Part shown: piece after piece, positions 10,397 to 20,048 of the stretch
Position numbering within the stretch: position 1 is the stretch's first letter
Layout of the letters: each line of letters begins with the position of its first letter
Source: Promethearchaeia archaeon
GTDB lineage: Archaea; Asgardarchaeota; Lokiarchaeia; Sigyniarchaeales; SOKP01
Direction: 5' to 3'
DNA: 64,000 bases
NCBI GenBank assembly: GCA_046483985.1
Contig: JAWOCD010000115.1
Coordinates: 18,584 to 82,583, forward strand
Translations under genes and position numbers: made by a program
The notes under the pieces: model-generated
Told to the model about the DNA's origin: nothing
The model's database searches: none
The model's input: the letters and a program-made list of their open reading frames with translations, nothing else

Positions 10397-11530
10397 ATGA
10401 ACATTTCAGAAGAAGAGAAAAAAGAAGTTCTTAAAGTTCTGGAATCTCAACTGCTGAGTTCTTTAGCAGGGGAAGTTGTTAAAAAATTTGAAAAAGAATT
10501 TGCCGATTACATGGGTGTTGACCATGCAATTGCGGTCAATTCGGGAACTGCTGCTCTACATACTGCAATAACGTCTCTCGATATAGGAACTGGTGATGAA
10601 GTGATAGTTTCACCCTTTACATTTATCGCAACGGCTTCGTCAGTACTTCAGAATAATGCAATCCCAATATTTGCCGATATTGATGAGAAAACATATACCT
10701 TAGATCCCGAATCCGTCAAGGAACACATAACGGATAAAACAAAAGCTATAATCCCCGTTCATTTGGCGGGTATTGCAGCAAACATGGACCCGTTGATGGA
10801 GATTGCCCAAGATTATAACCTTTTTATTATTGAAGATGCTTGTCAAGCTCACGGCTGTGAATATAAAGGTCAGAAAGTGGGTTCTTTAGGACATATAGGG
10901 ACTTTCAGTTTCTATCCCTCAAAGAATATGACAACTGGAGAAGGAGGGATGATCACGACAAATGAAAAAAGTATTGCCGAACAATCCCGCTTAATCCGCC
11001 ATCACGGTGAGCCATCGTGGTATGTCTATAACCGGCTAGGTTGGAATTATCGCATGACTGAAATCCAAGGTGCAATTGGTCTGATTCAACTTAAAAAACT
11101 GGAGGGATTTGTAAAAGATCGAAATAAAAAGGCGCGGATTCTCACAGATGCCATAGAGAAAATTAAGGGAATAGACCCGCCGTTTGTACCGGACTATTGT
11201 CAACCTGCCTTTAATTACTGGATTGGAAGAATCCATCCAAACGTAATTGGTATTGATAAAGAACAATTTTTAAAAAAATTTGACCGCAGTAAAGTTTTAT
11301 ATCCAAAACCCCTCTATGAAACAAAATTATTTCAAGAAAAGGTTGCTTATCCCCATGGATGTCCTTGGTCTTGTCCCTATTATGATAAAGAATTAGATTA
11401 TTCCACTATTGAGTTACCAGTGGTGGAAAGAGTGACCCGTGAAATATTTGCATTGGATGTTCATTCAAGAATTTCGGATGAGGTATTACGGGAAAATATA
11501 GAGATTATGCGAAATCTCGGTAATAAATAA
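10397..11530 (+). CDS. DegT/DnrJ/EryC1/StrS family aminotransferase
   Basis: NSGTAAL, EDACQAHG, FSFYPSKNMTTGEGG, GWNYRM. Confidence 0.92.
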   Translation: MNISEEEKKEVLKVLESQLLSSLAGEVVKKFEKEFADYMGVDHAIAVNSGTAALHTAITSLDIGTGDEVIVSPFTFIATASSVLQNNAIPIFADIDEKTYTLDPESVKEHITDKTKAIIPVHLAGIAANMDPLMEIAQDYNLFIIEDACQAHGCEYKGQKVGSLGHIGTFSFYPSKNMTTGEGGMITTNEKSIAEQSRLIRHHGEPSWYVYNRLGWNYRMTEIQGAIGLIQLKKLEGFVKDRNKKARILTDAIEKIKGIDPPFVPDYCQPAFNYWIGRIHPNVIGIDKEQFLKKFDRSKVLYPKPLYETKLFQEKVAYPHGCPWSCPYYDKELDYSTIELPVVERVTREIFALDVHSRISDEVLRENIEIMRNLGNK

Positions 11531-11752
11531 AAGACTCTTTATACTAATACTTTAGAATTGAAACCAAATAAACAATAACAGCCCCAATTTTCATGCAGGT
11601 TTCCGTTATTAATGCTCGCTTTTTCATTTTCCTCATTCTATTATCCAACATTTAAGAGTTACCTTTTGAATCCCTTTGTAACATTCTCATAATTGTCTAA
11701 TAATACTTAGATAATACTCTATTTGAAAATAAATGAGTGGTCTATTTTAAAT

Positions 11753-12130
11753 ATGAATCGTTCTCTTAAAAAAAGAAAGTTTATGCAACTGTTCGAATTA
11801 GTTTCGAGTAATGCCGATTTTAAAACACAACAGCATCAATCAGATGTTAATAGGCAAAAAGAATCAAACCTTAGAAAGATGTTTAAGTTATTAAATGATT
11901 TAAACCTTAAAAATGAAAATCGCTATATTCTTTGTAATTTTATTGACCAATACAGTGATATCTTAGAATATGAAGGAGATATTTATATGGATAACGCCGA
12001 GAAGTCAGTTGATCAAATACAAGAACTCGCCCTAACTCGAGCCAAGCAGCATGAGATAATGGATTTTCTTTATGACGAATATAGCACATGTGTCCAAGCA
12101 ATTAGTCAAAAAAAGGAATTTCAATTCTAA
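11753..12130 (+). CDS. Hypothetical protein
   Basis: ORF with no recognisable motif; ATG at 11753 (MNRSLKK) preferred over the upstream TTG. Confidence 0.55.
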   Translation: MNRSLKKRKFMQLFELVSSNADFKTQQHQSDVNRQKESNLRKMFKLLNDLNLKNENRYILCNFIDQYSDILEYEGDIYMDNAEKSVDQIQELALTRAKQHEIMDFLYDEYSTCVQAISQKKEFQF

Positions 12131-12206
12131 AATAATTTTTAAAATCTTTCTTTTTATTATTTTCCCGCAATATAAAACTAAGGAAAGAAAAAAATAAAAC
12201 AAAAGT

Positions 12207-12839
12207 TTAGATAAAAGTTAAATCTTGATACTCTGATTCTGATGGAAACTTTTTTGCTAAATCCAATTTCCGGATTTCTTTGTTCAATTTTAACACAGCA
12301 TCTCGCACCACTTCTTTCTTCTTTGCGCCGGTGCATACAATTCGTCCCGTGCTAAAAATGAGAAAGACTGTCTTAGGGTCTTGCATGCGATAGATTAATC
12401 CTGGAAATACCTCAGGTTCGTACATTGCAAATTCCATAACTATGGCAGCCATGTTTAGATCTACATTGGTATGCAAATCGCCCGATGCCACTATATTTTG
12501 AATAGTTATTTCTGGATTTTCGAGGTCAATTCCTGCCTTTTTTATGTTATCTAATACTTGATCGACTACCGAGGGGGCTTCTGTTGCCTTTCGAAGGCCA
12601 GTTACTACCATTTTTCCCGTACTAAAAATAAGGATAGTAGCTCTGGGCTTTTCAATTCGCATAACTAATCCTGGAAATCGGTCTGGATTATATTCTACTT
12701 CTGGGTGTTTGCCAGCTATCTGAGTAAGATCGATTTTGTCATCTATTTTTACTTCGACAGTTGCTACTACATTCTCAATCTTATAGTCTAAATCAGACTC
12801 ATCAAATTCAACTTCATTCTCATTATTTTCATTACTCAT
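12207..12839 (-). CDS. tbp: TATA-box binding protein
   Basis: Two TBP repeats: IENVVA...YNPDRFPGL...FSTGKMVVTG and IQNIVA...YEPEVFPGL...FSTGRIVCTGAK. Confidence 0.97.
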   Translation of the reverse strand: MSNENNENEVEFDESDLDYKIENVVATVEVKIDDKIDLTQIAGKHPEVEYNPDRFPGLVMRIEKPRATILIFSTGKMVVTGLRKATEAPSVVDQVLDNIKKAGIDLENPEITIQNIVASGDLHTNVDLNMAAIVMEFAMYEPEVFPGLIYRMQDPKTVFLIFSTGRIVCTGAKKKEVVRDAVLKLNKEIRKLDLAKKFPSESEYQDLTFI

Positions 12840-13058
12840 ATAAAAATCAACTAATATTTAATTCATATTCATCTTTTTAGAAAGAAAATTTCTTTTTAAA
12901 GCGCTTTTATTTTTATAAGTAATGATCCTTTATAAAAGACATTTATAAAAAATCTAAAAAACTTTTTAAAGAAAGGCTTTGAATCAATGCTTATAAGTTT
13001 TATTGATTTTTGGACAAAAAGAAAGAAGTAAATGGATTTAACTTCTTAGATTTTACGA

Positions 13059-13583
13059 TTAGGAAATCTTTTTTACTATTTTTTCTGTAAGATTGATGAA
13101 TGCATCCTCTACATTTTTTCCCGTCTTAGCTGAAGTAAAGATCATGTCCATGTTATATTTTTCTGCAAATTCTTTCGCTTCTTCTTCTCCGATTTTGATT
13201 TGGTTTTTTAAATCAGATTTGTTGCCCACCAGTAATAATGGTTGATCTCCTCGGGCTTTTTTAAAACTGTTTACCCATTCATCAAGTTTTTCAAATGATT
13301 TTGTATTTGTCCGGTCAAAAATTAATAAACCACCATTCGCACCTTCTAAATATAAACTCCTTAAAGACTTGAAACTCTCTTGCCCTCCTAAATCCCAAAT
13401 CTGGGCGGATACTTCTCCATAATTTTCCAACTCCATCTCCTTTTTCAATAAGTTAACGCCTAGAGTGGCTTTATAATCTTCTCTGAATTTATCTTCCAGA
13501 AATCGGTAGACCAAGCTAGTCTTCCCCACAGCAGCCTCCCCGAGCATAGTTAACTTAATAATAAATCTGTTCTTCTCTGCCAT
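13059..13583 (-). CDS. Rab-like small GTPase
   Basis: GEAAVGKT, WDLGGQE, NKSD, TSAK. Confidence 0.92.
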   Translation of the reverse strand: MAEKNRFIIKLTMLGEAAVGKTSLVYRFLEDKFREDYKATLGVNLLKKEMELENYGEVSAQIWDLGGQESFKSLRSLYLEGANGGLLIFDRTNTKSFEKLDEWVNSFKKARGDQPLLLVGNKSDLKNQIKIGEEEAKEFAEKYNMDMIFTSAKTGKNVEDAFINLTEKIVKKIS

Positions 13584-13699
13584 ATCTTTTCAACTATTTT
13601 CAATTTCTTGTTAATATAAATTTAATAAAGCAATATTATTAATAATTTTTCTAAAAACCTTATCTTATTTCAAATAAATTCGACCAAAAATTCTAAAAC

Positions 13700-14110
13700 T
13701 TAAATTCCTTCTTGGCTCTTAACTAAATAGTTGAACAAGTAATATCCGAAAATGAATGTGATCACCGTAAGTATAATGCCCACAATGAAAAAAAGCCGGT
13801 TAAAAAATATCAAGCTGAACGAGCCCAGACTGACAACTAAAAATGCAATAAAAAATTGGTAACCTTTTTTGGCCCAGAAATTGATTTTATTTGCCTCCTT
13901 TCCGATGATCTCTCGCTTTTCCTCAGGAAGTTTTTCAAAACACTCTTTGCAATATAGGCCATATTTGCCCGCAATCACTGCACATTTCAAGCACACTTCC
14001 CTCGCACAGATATCACATGTTTTGAAGGCTGATTTGATATATTCTTGTTTACAGAGGGGACATTTCCTCAGCTTTGCTCGCAAAACCTCGTCTTCATTAA
14101 CAAATGACAT
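13700..14110 (-). CDS. FYVE-type (FYVE_2/rabphilin-like) double Zn-finger protein with two C-terminal TM helices
   Basis: C-x2-C-x11-C-x2-C-x4-C-x2-C-x10-C-x2-C, followed by two hydrophobic segments. Confidence 0.65.
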   Translation of the reverse strand: MSFVNEDEVLRAKLRKCPLCKQEYIKSAFKTCDICAREVCLKCAVIAGKYGLYCKECFEKLPEEKREIIGKEANKINFWAKKGYQFFIAFLVVSLGSFSLIFFNRLFFIVGIILTVITFIFGYYLFNYLVKSQEGI

Positions 14111-14226
14111 TTTTTTGTGATTTTTTTAGTTTTTGAAAAATTAATATCGCTACTAAATGTGGTTAGTTAATAAAATAAAAAGAGATAAAAAAGTATATTG
14201 GTAATAAGTTAAAAGAAAATTTCGCA

Positions 14227-14706
14227 TTATTCTTCTTGAAATACTATCATAAATTCGCAATAATCTTTTTGCGTCTGAAGGGTGCAATTTAACTCTTGAG
14301 CGAAGCAGTGAATATTACTCACTTTTTCGACAATCCCCGCTAACAATCCTGCTTCGAATGAGCAAAAATTCCCTTCGGTTTTGATGCCCGTGCCAATCAG
14401 ATCTTTTATTGAGGAATGTCCTTTTAATCGTAATTTTAAAATTTCTTCTGAACTCTGGGTTATTGTTGCTTCCCCAATATGATATTGATTAATAATTTCT
14501 TTCAATTTTCTGGGGATTTGGGTAACCTCCTTTACCTTTCCCACATTTAGTATAGTCCCAAGTTCATGCCCCAAGTAATAGAAAATTGCTTCAAGCTGAT
14601 GACCCAAGGCAAGAAGGGCGGCTAACTTCATATCTCCTATCTCTTTATCCTTTGCTAAATACTTTTTCATTTGGCTTAAAATCTTGCTTAATAATTGTCG
14701 GTCCAT
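14227..14706 (-). CDS. V4R domain protein (Bet3/TRAPP-related fold)
   Basis: FYYLGHELG...FCSFEAGLLAG...QELNC...DYCEF, the canonical V4R signature. Confidence 0.85.
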   Translation of the reverse strand: MDRQLLSKILSQMKKYLAKDKEIGDMKLAALLALGHQLEAIFYYLGHELGTILNVGKVKEVTQIPRKLKEIINQYHIGEATITQSSEEILKLRLKGHSSIKDLIGTGIKTEGNFCSFEAGLLAGIVEKVSNIHCFAQELNCTLQTQKDYCEFMIVFQEE

Positions 14707-14749
14707 ATTTTTTTCACATTTTTTTTATTTAGTAATTTTTATACTTTTT

Positions 14750-15031
14750 TTAGATTTGTACTGAGGAAATAAAACCATACAAAATGGTGTCTACGATATC
14801 TTCTTTTTGGATATTTACCGATAATCGTTTATCAGCAATGATTAAGGTTGGAACGGTATGAACGTTATATTTTTCGGTTAGTTTTCTGTTTTTTTCTATA
14901 TCGATTTTTTGAATTTGCAATTTCTTTCCGAACATTGAAATATTAACCTTTTTAAGCATTTCTTCCACCGGTCGACAAGAAATACAATGTTTTGATGAGA
15001 AAAATAATATCTTCGGGTAATTTTTTGACAT
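14750..15031 (-). CDS. Thioredoxin/glutaredoxin-fold protein (CISC)
   Basis: CxxC (CISC), IDIE, and cis-Pro motif VPTL. Confidence 0.85.
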   Translation of the reverse strand: MSKNYPKILFFSSKHCISCRPVEEMLKKVNISMFGKKLQIQKIDIEKNRKLTEKYNVHTVPTLIIADKRLSVNIQKEDIVDTILYGFISSVQI

Positions 15032-15048
15032 GCTCTTGAATTATACAG

Positions 15049-15594
15049 TTAAGTCTCTTTATACAATTCATATAATTTTTCAATTATTGACCGAAACGCT
15101 TTAAAGACGCCTTCACCCGTTTTCGCTGACGTCTTATAATATCCCAGAAAATCGCGTTTATCCACTATAGATTGAACTCGCTCATCATTCAGTTCCTCCT
15201 CATCGACTAAATCTATTTTATTCCCAAATAAGACAGCTGGTTGATCTCCGCAATGCTTCATAAATTCATCATGCCATTCGCTTATATGCATATAACTTTC
15301 TTCATCTGTATGTGAGAATACGATGATTGCTGCCTTGCTCCCCTTAAAGAACGTCCCGCGCATAAATTCAAACTCAGACTGACCGGCTATATCCCATAAA
15401 AACAACTTTACATTATCGCCATTTATATCCTCCTCATATTTCGAAAACTGAGCGCCAAGTGTTCTAATATAATCCTTTTGAAAGGTTCCTTGCGTGTATT
15501 TCTTGATCAGAGAGGTCTTGCCCACAGCGCCATCTCCTATTATGGTTATCTTAAAAACGTAGCCTCTTTCATTATCTTGCTCTATTTTGCTCAT
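15049..15594 (-). CDS. Rab-like small GTPase
   Basis: GDGAVGKT, WDIAGQ, NKID, TSAK. Confidence 0.92.
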   Translation of the reverse strand: MSKIEQDNERGYVFKITIIGDGAVGKTSLIKKYTQGTFQKDYIRTLGAQFSKYEEDINGDNVKLFLWDIAGQSEFEFMRGTFFKGSKAAIIVFSHTDEESYMHISEWHDEFMKHCGDQPAVLFGNKIDLVDEEELNDERVQSIVDKRDFLGYYKTSAKTGEGVFKAFRSIIEKLYELYKET

Positions 15595-15929
15595 TCAATC
15601 ATTCCTATTTGAAGTAATATTTATTATACTAGTTATAGGTTGAATAATTACTTAAAATTTTATCTTATCCGAAAAAATATTTATTAAATGGCTATGTGCT
15701 TTAGCAGCATTGGTATAGCCCCGTATCCAGTCTTCGGCTTTTTCGTGAACGATTTTGAAGGATTGAAACCGATTTCAATTTGTTTAGAGAGAAAATTAAT
15801 CGTTCGGAGCTTTCTCGCACTTTAGTGATAAAACGTGTTAAGATTATCTTTCTAAAGATCTAAAAATGATCTTATTAAATGATAAGTAGTTATAAAAAAT
15901 AACAGAATAAAAAGATATATGAATAGATA

Positions 15930-16418
15930 ATGACAGTTTTGGATGGAATCGAACGGATTATTGAACAGTTTTCCCAACAAAATCTTACAATTGCATTTGC
16001 GGAATCATGTACTGGAGGGTTCCTCAGCCATATGATTACGAATGTATCCGGATCCTCAATGGTATTTGACAGAGGAGTAGTGAGTTACAGTAATCAAGCA
16101 AAAATGGAAATCCTTAATGTAAATTCAGAGAGTATAGAGAAAAATGGTGCTGTGTCCCGTTCTGTCGCGTATCAAATGGCAAATAATATTCGTGATCTCT
16201 CTCATGTGAATATCGGGATCGGTGTCACTGGTATTGCGGGACCCACGGGCGGAACTCCTGAAAAGCCGGTTGGTTTAGTATTTATTGGATTTTCTACCCA
16301 GATTAAGAACGATATCAATACTTTCGTAGACCGTTATGTCTTTAAGACCTCCCGAATCGGATTTAAAAAGAAGGTGTTGCGGAAAGTGCTTTCTTTTTTG
16401 GAAGAGTTTATCTCTTAG
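15930..16418 (+). CDS. CinA C-terminal domain / NMN deamidase (PncC) family
   Basis: AESCTGG, YSN.AK, GAVS, TGIAGPTGG..EKPVGLV. Confidence 0.92.
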   Translation: MTVLDGIERIIEQFSQQNLTIAFAESCTGGFLSHMITNVSGSSMVFDRGVVSYSNQAKMEILNVNSESIEKNGAVSRSVAYQMANNIRDLSHVNIGIGVTGIAGPTGGTPEKPVGLVFIGFSTQIKNDINTFVDRYVFKTSRIGFKKKVLRKVLSFLEEFIS

Positions 16419-16422
16419 AGGA

Positions 16423-16495
16423 TTAAACTACCACGCCCCTAAAGGGCGATGGATTCGTAATTCATCGAGAATCGCCGACCCAGATAACATCGGTC
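16423..16495 (-). mobile_element. IS200/IS605-family right-end remnant (omegaRNA-like), copy 1
   Basis: 62/73 nt identical to 34575-34647. The minus strand ends GAATCCATCGCCCTTTAGGGGCGTGGTAGTTTAA, a typical IS605 right-end hairpin plus terminal tetranucleotide. Confidence 0.7.
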
Positions 16496-16857
16496 CCCCT
16501 TAATCTTTCCCCTGGTCAATGGAACTTTTCCTATTCCCTCCTCTAAGGTCAGTTTTCCCGCCGAAAAACCTCTAAAAAGTCATTTAAAGTTAAGTTTTAG
16601 AAGGAATCTTCGCCTTGTTAAATTATCTTTTCCCTATCTTCGATACATTCAGCGAGCGTTTCCTTATAGTCTTTAAACTGTGGATGGGACGCGAATTTCT
16701 CGGGAAGTTTACCGCGATCGCCAGTCAGCGACCATTTGAGGGTCTGTCGGGCTTGACCCAATATGTCCAGATCTTTTCTGACTGGTATTAATTAAATTTT
16801 TAAACGAATAAATCCAAATATTTTTTGTATAAACACTATTTAGAGGATGATAAAAAT

Positions 16858-18057
16858 ATGGATAATTATTGGTTCTTTGGGAGTCCTTTGATTTGTTTCG
16901 GACAAAACTCTTTAAAGTTCTTGCAAGATGTACCTGGAGAAAAGGTTTTCATAGTAACTGATCAATTTATTGAAGAAAATTTACTCGTTAATGTTACTGA
17001 AAAGTTAGATGAATATGGTAAGGAGTATGAAGTATTTGCTGAGGTGTTACCAGATCCACCAGAGGAAATTGTTCAAAAGGGTGTAAAACTCTGTAATGGG
17101 TATGATCCTGACCTGATCGTTGCCGTAGGAGGGGGCTCGACAATGGACACCGCCAAGGCCATCTGGGTGTTGTATGAGCGGCCGGAATTGAATCTGGACG
17201 ATATTCACCCTTTTAAAGAGCTAGAGTTAGGGAAAAAAGCAAAAATGATCGCCATCCCCACCACAAGCGGTACTGGAGCTGAAACTACATGGGCTGTTGT
17301 CATAACTCGGACAATGCCGGACGGCCATGAAGTAAAATTAGAACTTGCAAATCGAGATGTTGTTCCAACTTATGCGATTTTGGACCCCGTGTTTACCTTA
17401 AGTTTACCCCCTAATTTGACCGCATCCACCGGATTTGATGCTTTAGGTCATGTGTATGAGGGACTTATCTCGGAATTTAAGAATGATTTTTCTGACGCCG
17501 TTGGTTTAAAAGCAATTGAATTAATTCAAAAATACTTGCCAGTTGCCTATGAAGACGGAAAAAATGTAAGAGCCCGGGAGGCACTGCAAAATGCTGCATC
17601 CTTAGCTGGACTATGTTTTGGGAATTCACAAGTGATTATGGGGCATGCAATTGCGCATGCGCTTGGGGCTGTATTTCATAAACCTCATGGACTTTGCGTG
17701 GGAGTCGTTCTTCCTTATATTCTTCAGTATCAAATTAATGATACCGAGCATGACTTCCAAAAGAAACTCTTGGCAAGAACGGCAAAAAAATTAGGGATTG
17801 CCAAATGGGCTGATGATGATCAGACCGCGGCTGAAAAGATAATCGAAGATATTGAATCTTTACAGGACAAAGTAGATTTTCCGAAAACTCTTGCCGACTT
17901 GGATATTTCTAGAGAAGATTTTGATGAAAAATTGGACCTTATAGTGGAGACCACATTAGAATCGGGTTCGGGAGAAATGTCTGTAAGACCAGCCGACGCA
18001 GACGATTATCAGAAAATTCTAAGTTATGCATTTGAAGGAAAAAACATAGATTGGTAA
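16858..18057 (+). CDS. Iron-containing alcohol dehydrogenase
   Basis: GGGSTMDTAK, IPTTSGTGAE, DALGH, GHAIAH, PHG. SD-like GAGGATGA precedes ATG 16858. Confidence 0.92.
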   Translation: MDNYWFFGSPLICFGQNSLKFLQDVPGEKVFIVTDQFIEENLLVNVTEKLDEYGKEYEVFAEVLPDPPEEIVQKGVKLCNGYDPDLIVAVGGGSTMDTAKAIWVLYERPELNLDDIHPFKELELGKKAKMIAIPTTSGTGAETTWAVVITRTMPDGHEVKLELANRDVVPTYAILDPVFTLSLPPNLTASTGFDALGHVYEGLISEFKNDFSDAVGLKAIELIQKYLPVAYEDGKNVRAREALQNAASLAGLCFGNSQVIMGHAIAHALGAVFHKPHGLCVGVVLPYILQYQINDTEHDFQKKLLARTAKKLGIAKWADDDQTAAEKIIEDIESLQDKVDFPKTLADLDISREDFDEKLDLIVETTLESGSGEMSVRPADADDYQKILSYAFEGKNIDW

Positions 18058-18072
18058 TGAGGTGAAAAAGAA

Positions 18073-18543
18073 TTGACCGAAGATGAACTTATAGACAAAG
18101 CTAAGCATCTCTATCGAGTTGGTTTGTCGCGTTTTCTCTTTCTGGCAATTAATTATATGAAAGGGACAACTAAATTAAAAAAAAAGTTAAAAAAGAAAGA
18201 CCTTTATTTTCGATTAGTTTTAGAAGCGACTGATTGGCCAAACCCCACAGTATTGTTATTTAAAGACCATAAAATCTTAGCTCTCCCTATGTCGCCAGAG
18301 GATGCAAATAATTCGGATATGTGGGATATGAAGGTTATAGGAGAGGCACGAGATTTTTTAGAATACTTTATGGGAGGTCATGCGATTCTTCCGATTTTAT
18401 TAGGGAAAGTGAAGGTTAAGGGACTACTCAAATCAATAAAAGTACTGTGGTTTATTAATCTTTCCTTGGATTTTTTTTCCACCAGACAAACTTTTTCCTA
18501 TGCAACCTTCCACAAACTTCGAAAACCTGCCAGAGTAATCTGA
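18073..18543 (+). CDS. SCP2 (sterol carrier protein 2)-like protein
   Basis: C-terminal 'DFLEYFMGG...ILLGKVKVKG' resembles the SCP2 fold. Confidence 0.5.
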   Translation: MTEDELIDKAKHLYRVGLSRFLFLAINYMKGTTKLKKKLKKKDLYFRLVLEATDWPNPTVLLFKDHKILALPMSPEDANNSDMWDMKVIGEARDFLEYFMGGHAILPILLGKVKVKGLLKSIKVLWFINLSLDFFSTRQTFSYATFHKLRKPARVI

Positions 18544-18612
18544 AAATAAGATTTTTTAATTTTTTTCCTACTATAAAACTTTCAGATATCATTTTGAAGA
18601 GGTAAAGAATAT

Positions 18613-19074
18613 ATGGTCGTCCGGGAAGCGGGTATCATGTTTCGAGGATTTAGTTTAATCAATGCGAAATATCATCAAACTCAACCCGACAAGGTTGATA
18701 AAGATCTACGAAGTAGTTTGATTACGGCACTGTTGAATTTTTGTGAAGGTGCCTTTTCTACTGTTAATGTAGAATATTTTGTTCTTAAAAAATTTTCAAT
18801 AGCATTTACAAAATCAAAAATCCAATCCGCGGATTCCGAGCACCCCGAAGATCTTGTTGTATACGTAATTTTTAATAGGGAGAAGAATACAGAGAAATTC
18901 ATTCATAAGGTACTTCAACCTCTTTTAGAATCTATTGCCCATAAATTTATCCAAGAGAACGAAGGGAAAAATCTATCCGAGATCACGCAGTTTCAATCAT
19001 TTCGCTCTACATTAGACAACATTTTCGGCGACTTGAACAAGACGGTAGATAGTAAGTTTGAAAGCATTTTTTAA
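18613..19074 (+). CDS. Longin-like domain protein
   Basis: Beta-hairpin start, then DLRSSLITALLNFCEGAF helix, then F...F.. C-terminus: an Asgard longin pattern. Confidence 0.6.
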   Translation: MVVREAGIMFRGFSLINAKYHQTQPDKVDKDLRSSLITALLNFCEGAFSTVNVEYFVLKKFSIAFTKSKIQSADSEHPEDLVVYVIFNREKNTEKFIHKVLQPLLESIAHKFIQENEGKNLSEITQFQSFRSTLDNIFGDLNKTVDSKFESIF

Positions 19075-20030
19075 ACTTTGTTTTGGGATTTTAGATACCA
19101 TAAAATTATAGGAAGGGCAAGCGTTGCATCTATAATTACAGTTGAATATTGTGCTTTTTTATTTACCTTTCCCCAAGATATAGCTTCTCTCAATGTTGCA
19201 CCACTCAGTCCTCCGGGTTCTGGTCGATCCATTGTTATCTGAATTGCATAAGAAGCCGATGTGGGGCAGAATTGAAGAGATTGCATGATAAAATTCTTCG
19301 GAACACCCCCACCGATGACACAAACTCCTGCTTTTTCAGCATCCCAAGCCAAATCAACCATCTGGAGCATATCTTTAAAATGATCTAAGTTTAGTTTCCG
19401 ATTATGAAACCCCAGTTGCAATGCTAATCCACAATCTGTAAAGGCAGGACAAAAGATAGGTACATCCTTTTCAGCGCATATCTTTAAAATTGATTTTGAA
19501 TTCTCTGGCAATTGAGAACCGAGATATTTAAGGAATTTACTGACGGGCATTGTTTGGTCGGGAATTTCTAATTCAGCGATAAAATCTTCAATCCCTTCAT
19601 AAACTCTGTTGGGAAGAAATACATCATAGATACGATTTAAATTCTTATCGTGGAGATTAGAGTCGTTTAAATTATCAATATCTATATCGCCTTGAAGATG
19701 ATGAAACCCTAATGTTTCTGCAATATCGTGAGTTAAGTTAGCACCAGTAGAGACCAACACGTCTATAAATCCTTCCTCAATATAGTCATGAATGATCCCT
19801 TGCATTCCCGCTGGTACCAATGCTCCAGCAAGACCAAAAAAGATTACACAATCCCTTTCATTATTCATCTTTTCATAAATTTTACAAGCATTTGCCAATC
19901 GCTTCGCATTAAATCCCGTTCCTTTAAGTGAGTCAATAAGATCTGCAATATCGGAGTCTTGCTCTATTTTAAATTGATTGACATCTTTAAGATGTTTTTT
20001 AACTTCTTTTTTATCCACCAATATATACAC
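19071..20030 (-). CDS. dys: Deoxyhypusine synthase
   Basis: TGANLTHD, GGGVPKNF, GGLSGAT..EAISWGK, DATLALP. Confidence 0.93.
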   Translation of the reverse strand: MYILVDKKEVKKHLKDVNQFKIEQDSDIADLIDSLKGTGFNAKRLANACKIYEKMNNERDCVIFFGLAGALVPAGMQGIIHDYIEEGFIDVLVSTGANLTHDIAETLGFHHLQGDIDIDNLNDSNLHDKNLNRIYDVFLPNRVYEGIEDFIAELEIPDQTMPVSKFLKYLGSQLPENSKSILKICAEKDVPIFCPAFTDCGLALQLGFHNRKLNLDHFKDMLQMVDLAWDAEKAGVCVIGGGVPKNFIMQSLQFCPTSASYAIQITMDRPEPGGLSGATLREAISWGKVNKKAQYSTVIIDATLALPIILWYLKSQNKV

Positions 20031-20048
20031 GTTTTTATTAAATTTGTT

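Noticed and set aside
14750-15031. Selenoprotein or KaiB clock protein
   Set aside because: Both active-site residues are Cys with no in-frame TGA. CxxC indicates a redoxin, and there is no kaiC nearby.
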